From positions 832,001-896,000 of the forward strand of contig CP166615.1 in the NCBI GenBank assembly GCA_041937175.2: a stretch of 64,000 nucleotides of DNA. Direction: 5' to 3'. The translations under genes and the position numbers were made by a program. Of this stretch, positions 10,481 through 19,523 are shown piece by piece (positions within the stretch are counted from its first letter, which is position 1; the number at the start of each line of letters is the position of its first letter). This stretch comes from Limnothrix sp. BL-A-16 (GTDB lineage Bacteria; Cyanobacteriota; Cyanobacteriia; CACIAM-69d). A model generated the notes under the pieces. It made no database searches and was not told the origin of the DNA. It saw only the letters and a program-made list of their open reading frames with translations.

Positions 10481-10755
10481 GCTCTGGTTGGTCTTGATCA
10501 GGCTGCCCGAGTGCCAAGGGAGGTTCCTGGGGCGGAGATGGCCAAAAACCAGTTACAAAACTGGACGCTGAATCGCCATCACCGCCAACGAAATCATCAG
10601 CCTTTCAGCGATCGGGCGATCGGCCAGCCTCCGTAGTTTCACGGCTGCCCCTCTCCGGATTTGCAACGCCCACGAGAGTAAGAGTCATCAGGAGCGCGAC
10701 GCAATCCAATCGCGACCCTGGTTGACCTTCACGACTCGCATCAGGGGCTTGAATC

Positions 10756-10968
10756 ATGACCGCACTTCAAACTTGCACCCGCATTGGCCAAAGCTTGACC
10801 CTCGTGGGCGTAATTCTGGGTTCGGCCGCCGTGATGCAACCGATCGATGGCCATTCGATCGATTCCGCCCTGGTGGCAGCCGTTGCGCCCCAAAGCGCCT
10901 CAGCCGCCCAGCCCACGCCCCCCGACAACGGCGGCCCCAGCCGCACCCAAGGCACGGGCACTCGCTAA
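10756..10968 (+). CDS. small putative secreted peptide precursor
   Basis: 70 aa; hydrophobic N-region, ASA motif, C-terminal PPDNGGPSRTQGTGTR. Confidence 0.65.
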   Translation: MTALQTCTRIGQSLTLVGVILGSAAVMQPIDGHSIDSALVAAVAPQSASAAQPTPPDNGGPSRTQGTGTR

Positions 10969-11058
10969 TTCTTCAGGGCAGGGGGTTCGGTTGGGGCCCT
11001 GCGTTAATGATTAGAATTTCAGTCTGAGCAAATTAATCAAAACTGGGACTGAAATTCG

Positions 11059-11616
11059 ATGGCTATTAAGCTTTATGGCGGTGCGCGCAGCCGGGCCTCG
11101 ATCGTGCAGTGGTATCTCGAAGAGTTGGGCCTAGACTACGAGTTCATTTTGCTGGACATGCAGGCCGGCGAGCACCGCCAGCCACCGCTGACAGACATTA
11201 ACCCCTTTGGCAAAGTGCCGGCCATTGAAGATGGCGACTTCAAGTTGTGGGAATCCGGTGCAATTTTGCTCTATCTGGATGCTAAGTACGGCCCCGAAAA
11301 ATCCACGGAGCAACGAGCAGTGGATCAACAATGGACGCTGTTTGCCAATTCCACCGTGGCCACCGGAATTTTTGTGGAAGCCAACCGCGATCGGGAAGCT
11401 CCGCGCTTGTTGGGCGGCATCAACGAGTTGTTGAGCCAATCGCCCTACATCACGGGTGAAACTTTCGGGGTGGCGGATGTGGCCCTGGGGTCAATTTTGG
11501 CCTACATCCCAATGATGCTGAAGATGGATCTGTCGCCCTATCCGGCGTTGGGCGCTTACCTGAAACGGTTGAGTGAGCGGCCGGCCTTCCACAAGGCGAT
11601 CGGCTCGCGAGCGTAG
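11059..11616 (+). CDS. glutathione S-transferase
   Basis: SRASIVQWYLEEL, INPFGKVPAI, LWESGAILLYL, F.VADVA. Confidence 0.93.
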   Translation: MAIKLYGGARSRASIVQWYLEELGLDYEFILLDMQAGEHRQPPLTDINPFGKVPAIEDGDFKLWESGAILLYLDAKYGPEKSTEQRAVDQQWTLFANSTVATGIFVEANRDREAPRLLGGINELLSQSPYITGETFGVADVALGSILAYIPMMLKMDLSPYPALGAYLKRLSERPAFHKAIGSRA

Positions 11617-11826
11617 ACAGCGCGGCCAGTCCAGGGATAGGGATCAGCATCAAGATCCCAACGAATACGCAAAGGAAAGTGGGAGTCGATCGCCCGATCG
11701 GCCCCCACACTTCGTGATCAATTCGTGATTAACGTGATCAACCTGAACAGATCAGTTCGGATCAGTTCGATCGCGCCCCGATCGCCCGTTGTCGGGTGGC
11801 AACGGGAATCGCAAACATCGCAGGAA

Positions 11827-13032
11827 CTACTTGCCTTCCACAAATGCCTGGCAGCAACAGAAGGGTTGCGCGGCCGGCGCAGGCGTTGGCGTGGGGGTTG
11901 GCGCAGGGGCCGGAATCACCGTCTTGCTGCCGCAGATCACCTTTTGCAGCAGTCCCGTGAAACCGCTCAGGGCATCTTGCGATGTGAAACCCTGCCCACC
12001 GGTTTCCTTGGCCACGCGGGCATATTCACCCTCGATTTCTTTTTTCACACTGGCCTTCACACCGGAAGTCCCCAAGTAGGTGTGGACTTTCACCTTGGTT
12101 TGCTTGGCCGTGGCGATCGCCCGGTTGGCGGCTTCGATGTCTGCCTGATCCTGCTTGGCGTTCTCGTTGCCCCCTTCCAAGGACTCATCGCCCAGAAAGA
12201 AGACGGCCCGCGATGCGCCCGATCGCCAGTCAAAGTTCAGGGACACATCCTCGATCGCCCTTGCACCATCCTCTTGGGCCCCGCCGCCGGCCACCGTGCC
12301 CACCTTGCGGCCCTTCAGCACCGATTCCGACACCTTGGCCGTTTCCGTCAGGTAACTGCGCACGGTGCGATCGAACCGCGTGCCCTTAAACACCCCCTCA
12401 ATGCCCAAATAGGTCACCCGCAAATCAGAAGGGCAACTGGTTTTGGCCGCCTCGATCGCCGCGCCCACCGCCTCACTCAGGGCCGTCGCTTCATCCTTCA
12501 TCGACACGCTGGAATCAATCACCACCACCAAATCCACCTTGGGAATCGTTAAGACCTCCGTGGGCGAGGGCGTTGGCACCGGGGCCGGCGCGGGAACCGG
12601 CGTGGCGGAGCCGCCCTGGCCGGTCATGGTGGCCGGAGCCAAGGTGGGCCATTGCAGCCGCTTTTGGGTTGAAACATCCCCATTGCCCCGGTGACCGGAA
12701 ATGGGGCCCAGGCGGTTCGGTTGGGCTTGGCCAGCGGTCATGCCGTGGCTGTTGTAGGGATGGTTCCAGAGGTTGAAATCAAACCGATAGTGGGCCCCCT
12801 GCCAACCATTTGTCCAGTTGAAGTTAATCAGTGCGCTGATATCCAGCGTGCCCGTCACCGGGTCGCTATACCAAAACGACAGCATCTTATTTGCCGTTCC
12901 ACCGGCCGACGTGCCGAAGTTGTATTGAATATCAACCCCATCCGGCGGCCCTTCATAGGCAAAACAGCCCCGGCCATAAACCGAACCATCCGCATTCAAG
13001 GTGTGGAAAACGAAACTCGTAACCTGAGGCAT
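11827..13032 (-). CDS. vWA-domain protein (Y-vWA-CCC tail)
   Basis: VDLVVVIDSSVSM (MIDAS DxSxS), GGGAQEDG, FFLGDE, ETGG; Pro/Thr linkers; ends PFCCCQAFVEGK. Confidence 0.85.
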   Translation of the reverse strand: MPQVTSFVFHTLNADGSVYGRGCFAYEGPPDGVDIQYNFGTSAGGTANKMLSFWYSDPVTGTLDISALINFNWTNGWQGAHYRFDFNLWNHPYNSHGMTAGQAQPNRLGPISGHRGNGDVSTQKRLQWPTLAPATMTGQGGSATPVPAPAPVPTPSPTEVLTIPKVDLVVVIDSSVSMKDEATALSEAVGAAIEAAKTSCPSDLRVTYLGIEGVFKGTRFDRTVRSYLTETAKVSESVLKGRKVGTVAGGGAQEDGARAIEDVSLNFDWRSGASRAVFFLGDESLEGGNENAKQDQADIEAANRAIATAKQTKVKVHTYLGTSGVKASVKKEIEGEYARVAKETGGQGFTSQDALSGFTGLLQKVICGSKTVIPAPAPTPTPTPAPAAQPFCCCQAFVEGK

Positions 13033-13103
13033 AGCAGCAAATTCCTATGAGGTTTAGGCTTGGTGATCGTGAAACGTTGGGCAGATCGCTGATTAGAGAA
13101 CCC

Positions 13104-14510
13104 CTAGGATTCAACGTAGGCCTGGCAGCAACAGAAGGGATGTTCAATGCGGCGCGGCTCGGGCTTGCTGCCGCAAATCACGTCTTGCAACAGAGCTTGG
13201 AAGCCCCGCAGCGCATCCTGGGAGGTGAAGGATTGACCGCCCGTTTCCCGAGCCACCCTGGCGTATTCCCCTTCAATTTCCCGGCGAACTTTGTCTTTTA
13301 CCGAGGAAGTTCCAAGATAGGTATGCACCCGCACACCGGCTTCTTTGGCCACCGCGATCGCGAGGTTGGCGGCTTCGATGTCTCCTTGATCTTGCTTGGC
13401 ATCCTGGTTCCCGCCATCCAAGGACTCATCGCCCAGGAAGAACAGGGCCCGCCCAGCCCCCGGCCGCCAGTCAAAATGGCGACTCAGATCCTCGATCGCC
13501 CTTGCGCCATCTTCCTGGGCCCCGCCGCCGGCCACCGTGCCGCGTTGGCGACCCCGCAACTCGGACTCCGCTGCTTTGGCCGTTGTGGTGAGGTATTTGC
13601 GAATGGATTGATTAAAACGGGTGTCTCGGAACGTGCCTTCAATGCCCAGATAGACCACTCGCAAATCAGAAGGACAATGGGCCCGGGCCGCCTCGATCGC
13701 GGCGGAAACGGCCGCATCCAGCGCCACCGCTTCGTCCTTCATGGAAACGCTGGAATCGATCGCCACCACCAAGTCCACCAGCGGGATCGTCACGCCATCT
13801 TCTTCGATGACTTCGATCGTGGGCTGCCCGATCGCCACCCACTCCAGCTTGCGCCCTTGACAGCTTCCGTCTTCCGTTGCCCCCCGGTGCGCAGACACAG
13901 CACCCAGTTGATCCGGCGTTGCACCACCGGCCACCAAGCCCCGATCGAAGTCTGGCTGGGCCCAGGCATTGAACTGGAACTGTTGCTCGCCGGCCCGATC
14001 GCTAAAACTCAAGCTCAACAGAGCACTGAGATCCAACACACCAACGATCGGGTCGCGATACCAAAACGCCGTCAAGGTTTCCGCAGTTCCCCGGCGATAT
14101 TCCACCGAAGACTCGCTGCCATTCCCCAGGGTAAAGCACCCTTTTCCAAACTCAGTGCCGTCGCTGTTCAGGACTCGAAAAGTGTAGGACATTGCTTGGG
14201 TGGATGGTGCTGAGGTAGCAGAATCTGCTGCTGTGTTGGTTGTTTCTGGGGCCGAACTCCAGGGAATCACAACACTGGGAGTGACATCCAGCCAACCACC
14301 ATCCGTGACCGTGCCCACATCCGGCAGCGATTGCGCATCCAAAAACTCCATTAATCGCTCACCATCGTCCTCAAATCGATAGTGGCAGATTCCCTGATCG
14401 GCAAAAACAACCAGATCTGAATCTTGGCGATAGACCACCTTTACAAAGTTGGCTCCATCAATTTCCCAGCGATAGCCAGGCATCGCTTCAACAATCTTCT
14501 GATTCTTCAT
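13104..14510 (-). CDS. vWA-domain protein paralog (X-Y-vWA-CCC tail)
   Basis: Paralog of 11827-13032 with an extra N-terminal domain; ATG 14510 preceded by AAGGGG; ends PFCCCQAYVES. Confidence 0.85.
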   Translation of the reverse strand: MKNQKIVEAMPGYRWEIDGANFVKVVYRQDSDLVVFADQGICHYRFEDDGERLMEFLDAQSLPDVGTVTDGGWLDVTPSVVIPWSSAPETTNTAADSATSAPSTQAMSYTFRVLNSDGTEFGKGCFTLGNGSESSVEYRRGTAETLTAFWYRDPIVGVLDLSALLSLSFSDRAGEQQFQFNAWAQPDFDRGLVAGGATPDQLGAVSAHRGATEDGSCQGRKLEWVAIGQPTIEVIEEDGVTIPLVDLVVAIDSSVSMKDEAVALDAAVSAAIEAARAHCPSDLRVVYLGIEGTFRDTRFNQSIRKYLTTTAKAAESELRGRQRGTVAGGGAQEDGARAIEDLSRHFDWRPGAGRALFFLGDESLDGGNQDAKQDQGDIEAANLAIAVAKEAGVRVHTYLGTSSVKDKVRREIEGEYARVARETGGQSFTSQDALRGFQALLQDVICGSKPEPRRIEHPFCCCQAYVES

Positions 14511-14713
14511 AGATCCCCTTTCCAAAAAGCATTACATCTCTAAGCAAACATCGGGCAATTGACTCGGTTGATCGACTCGATCGACCGAATTGAGCTAATG
14601 GATTTGCCGATGCTTGCTCAACCTGAATCTTGTTTGAGTGGTCGATCTGCGACCTAGTGGAATCTAGCCATTGACCTCTGGATCGGCTCACTACCCACCC
14701 CGATCGCCTTGAT

Positions 14714-14980
14714 CTACTCCAAACGAATCTGCTTATTGGCTAATTCCAAATCAAACGGGTAATCTTCATTTCCCCCCGCAAGAGCCTTTTGGAAAGTTTC
14801 CTCATTCGCAAACTCACTGACGCGAAACCACCAATCTTCAAATACAATCACCCGCCCATCAGGACAGCGGTAGACCAAGACATGGTAGTCGTCGCGGAAT
14901 TCATTGCTGAGATCAAGAACTTCACCACCCATTGCTTGAGCAGCGGGTTCTGCACTGTTCACTTTCCAATCCACTGACAT
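14714..14980 (-). CDS. small acidic hypothetical protein (stand-alone X domain)
   Basis: 88 aa from ATG 14980 with upstream GGAG; resembles the N-terminus of 13104-14510. Confidence 0.7.
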   Translation of the reverse strand: MSVDWKVNSAEPAAQAMGGEVLDLSNEFRDDYHVLVYRCPDGRVIVFEDWWFRVSEFANEETFQKALAGGNEDYPFDLELANKQIRLE

Positions 14981-15864
14981 GTTGCACAATCTCCAGCTTA
15001 ATTGGAGGGTTGATCAGACTTTCCAATTGGACTCTACAAATTGTGCCTCAAGCTAATTGAAATTTGAGAGAAGTTAATGTTAATTTTTTCATTTTTCTGA
15101 GCAATTCCGTATAAATACGCAATTAAAAATTGACAACAACTCTCTTAAAAAGAGATCATTTCATTTTTAAGTATTTGCAATACAATTTTTTACAAAAATT
15201 TCAATTCATCCCAATTGTCAATTCAATTAATTTCTCTTTTTATTGTAATTTTCGTCATTCAATTCAGGGAGGTAATCGAGAATTTTTTTGGAAAGTTCAA
15301 TTCGATTTAACTTTATTCGATACTTAAATACGAATAATTGAATCGTTGAAATTCATGAAATTCTCGAAAATCTAAAAATTGAGCATCTTTTCTTGGTTTC
15401 AAGTCATTTTTGATGACCGTATCTTATTTTACATTGATACTCTTGATGAAAAAATAATGCTTGAGTCTAAGATTTTGGGCTAAAAGGCATTTAAAAAGTC
15501 AACTTTGCTTGTTTATGGAAAAGATCCGCGATCGACTCCCATTGGCAATCGAAAGTGATCAGCTTCTTTGAGGTTGGCTGGTTCTCGATCGTCTGAATTT
15601 TGAGGATGATTCGGGGTGGCTTTGGGCTGTTTCTGCCCAGCAAAAGACGAGGATCAGGGCGATCGGGGGGTTAAATCATGGTTGGCAATTTTTTTGACCT
15701 GTCTGCCGGGCGCTGGTGTGACAAATTACGCAGCCGTATTTAGAGAGCGCGGCAAACGGTCACCGTTGCCCTGTGACAAGGCAGCATGAGCAAGGCGACT
15801 GCATGGGCTGCATAGGCTGATAAAGTGGCGTTGAATTCAGCTTGGCGTTGGCGGACTGGAAACT

Positions 15865-16539
15865 ATGGCTATTGCGATCGCACTAGGATTACTCGTTTTG
15901 GCCTACCTGCTCGGCTCCATCCCCGCCGGGTATCTGGCCGGGCGCTGGCTCAAAGGCATCGACATCCGCCAATATGGTTCCGGCTCCACCGGGGCCACCA
16001 ACGTGATGCGCACCGTGGGCAAACCGGCCGGAATCACGGTCTTTATCTTCGACATCCTGAAAGGGGCGATCGCCATTGGATTGGTGCGCGCCCTCTGGAC
16101 TAGTGATTTAGTAGTGGATCCCAATTGGTTTGCGATCAAGCCCTGGTTAGAAGTGGTGGCTGGTCTCACCGCCGTGATTGGCCACAGCAAGTCCCTGTGG
16201 CTGAATTTCCAGGGCGGCAAATCCGTGGCCACCAGCTTGGGTACGTTGTTGGCCCTATCTTGGCAAGTGGGCTTGGGTGGGTTTGCGGCTTTCTGTGTGG
16301 TGCTGGCGATTTGGCGGTATGTGTCCCTTGGGTCGATCGTTGGGGCAATTATGGTCAGCGTGTTGATGCTGTCTTTGCAAAATCCCTTGCCCTACTGTTT
16401 ATTTGGCTTGGCCATTACGGTGTTTGTGATTGCGCGGCACAAGGCCAACATCAGTCGCCTGCTGAAGGGAACAGAACCCAAATTTGGCCAGAAGGTGCAA
16501 ATCCCCGATCCCGTTTCCGACAGCGCCAGCGGTTCTTAG
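15865..16539 (+). CDS. plsY: glycerol-3-phosphate acyltransferase
   Basis: YLLGSIP, DIRQYGSGSTGATNVMR, GGKSVATSLG, HKANISRLLKGTE. Confidence 0.95.
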   Translation: MAIAIALGLLVLAYLLGSIPAGYLAGRWLKGIDIRQYGSGSTGATNVMRTVGKPAGITVFIFDILKGAIAIGLVRALWTSDLVVDPNWFAIKPWLEVVAGLTAVIGHSKSLWLNFQGGKSVATSLGTLLALSWQVGLGGFAAFCVVLAIWRYVSLGSIVGAIMVSVLMLSLQNPLPYCLFGLAITVFVIARHKANISRLLKGTEPKFGQKVQIPDPVSDSASGS

Positions 16540-16555
16540 GATTTTGCCTCTGTTC

Positions 16556-16703
16556 CTAGTAGCATGACAGGCTGAATACATTGGGTCGAAGTTGCTGCGT
16601 CAGTCGTGGTAACAAGGGGCTTGAGCATCTTGCTGCTTAACGATCAGGTGACGATAACCGCCATGTGATTTAACCCAGCGAATTAGGGCAGCCACGCTAC
16701 TGG
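16556..16703. mobile_element. MITE-like element, family A
   Basis: CTAGTAGCATGACAGGC ... GCCACGCTACTGG imperfect terminal repeats; colinear with 50194-50358. Confidence 0.65.
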
Positions 16704-16862
16704 GGTGGTGTGCCGGGTCGAAAGCAGGCCGGTCGAAGATCGGTTAAGTCTTAAAAGCTCGCATCCCAGCGCCACTTAACCTTGATGGATTGGGGGCTTG
16801 GGCCTCTGGCCTGGCTCGATCGGGAAGTGGCCTAGAGATGACCATCTTTTGATTTGCCCCCA

Positions 16863-16887
16863 AATGTAACGAATTGCAACGTATAAT
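16863..16887 (+). promoter_or_regulatory. HLR1-like (RpaB) direct repeat abutting a TATAAT -10 box upstream of crtP
   Basis: Reverse strand reads GTTGCAAT-TC-GTTACATT, one mismatch to KTTACAWW-N2-KTTACAWW; TATAAT at 16882-16887. Confidence 0.55.
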
Positions 16888-17006
16888 AGCTCTGAAAAAT
16901 TAATTCTTAAGAATTATTCAAGGGAATCCAACACCCATCGCATTTCAAGCGCGATCGGGCGGTTTCCACCCCCATCAGCCCTGTGGCTTCCGTTGTTTAC
17001 CCCTAG

Positions 17007-18440
<1,434 letters not shown>

Positions 18441-18489
18441 GCCACTCCTTTGACTGACCCATCGACCTTTCCCAGCCCCGCCGGTCTTC

Positions 18490-19443
18490 ATGCTGCACTT
18501 GCCTGACCCGCCACGCACCAACACCCTGGCGACCCTGGAAGAATCCTATGAGTTGTGTCGCCAGGTCACAGCTAAGTACTCCAAAACGTTCTATTGGGGC
18601 AGTGCGCTGATGCCGTTGGCTAAGCGGCGGGCCATCTGGGCAATCTATGTTTGGTGTCGGCGCACCGATGAACTGGTCGATGGGCCCATGGCCAAGCTGA
18701 CCACGCCGGAAACCCTGGACGACTGGGAACGGCGACTCGAACAACTCTTTGGTGGCCATGCGCTGGATGACTCTGATGTGGCGCTGGTTGACACGATCGG
18801 GCGCTACAACCTGGATATTCAGCCCTTCCGCGACATGATCGCCGGGCAGCGAATGGATCTCTATCGCAGTCGCTACCAGACCTACGAAGAGCTAGAGCTA
18901 TATTGCTATCGCGTGGCGGGCACGGTGGGCCTGATGACCACGCCGGTTTTGGGAGTGGCTAGCGAGCCGGCCCGCGCTCCTTGGGATGGGTTCTTGCAAA
19001 TGCAAACCAGTCCCGATCGCAATCCAGATGACCCTACGGAACGGGCGATCGCCCTTGGCATTGCTAACCAGCTCACCAATATTCTGCGAGACGTAGGTGA
19101 AGACCGTCACCGGGGCCGAATTTATCTGCCCTTGGAAGATTTGGAGCGGTTCCGCTACACCGAGCAAGACTTAATGAATGGTGTGGTTGACGATCGCTGG
19201 CGTGCCCTAATGCAGTTCCAAATTCAGCGGGCCCGCACGATTTTCGACAGCGCCGCGAAGGGAATTCGCCTGCTTCACCCCGATGCTCGCTGGCCCGTTT
19301 GGGCTGCCTTAATGCTCTACAGCCGAATTTTGCACTCGATCGAGCGCAATGGCTACGACGTGTTCAATAAACGCGCTTATGTCCCCACCACGGGAAAAGT
19401 GCGCTGTTTACCCGTAGCCCTGATGCGATCGCAGGTTCTTTAG
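18490..19443 (+). CDS. crtB: phytoene synthase
   Basis: WCRRTDELVD, YCYRVAGTVGLM, LGIANQLTNILRDVGED..RGRIYLP; directly after crtP. Confidence 0.96.
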   Translation: MLHLPDPPRTNTLATLEESYELCRQVTAKYSKTFYWGSALMPLAKRRAIWAIYVWCRRTDELVDGPMAKLTTPETLDDWERRLEQLFGGHALDDSDVALVDTIGRYNLDIQPFRDMIAGQRMDLYRSRYQTYEELELYCYRVAGTVGLMTTPVLGVASEPARAPWDGFLQMQTSPDRNPDDPTERAIALGIANQLTNILRDVGEDRHRGRIYLPLEDLERFRYTEQDLMNGVVDDRWRALMQFQIQRARTIFDSAAKGIRLLHPDARWPVWAALMLYSRILHSIERNGYDVFNKRAYVPTTGKVRCLPVALMRSQVL

Positions 19444-19523
19444 GCCCAAGCTGTTAACCCGCCGCGCAGAATCGTTGGGCGAGCCGATCGGTGCTCGTCA
19501 GCGGCTGGCTCAGTTCAAACGGC

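Noticed and set aside
10756..10968. Calling the peptide patS or patX
   Set aside because: It lacks the RG(S/T)GR pentapeptide
13047..14213. Long antisense ORFs (388 aa here; also 11725-12552, 9671-10339, 41365-42141, 46082-46819, 58553-59317)
   Set aside because: Shadows of well-supported genes on the opposite strand in GC-rich DNA
15130..15327. 65-aa ORF in the AT-rich region
   Set aside because: TTG start, F/N/K-rich composition typical of a spurious ORF
16866..16879. NtcA box upstream of crtP
   Set aside because: Reads GTA-N8-CAA rather than TAC; fits HLR1 better
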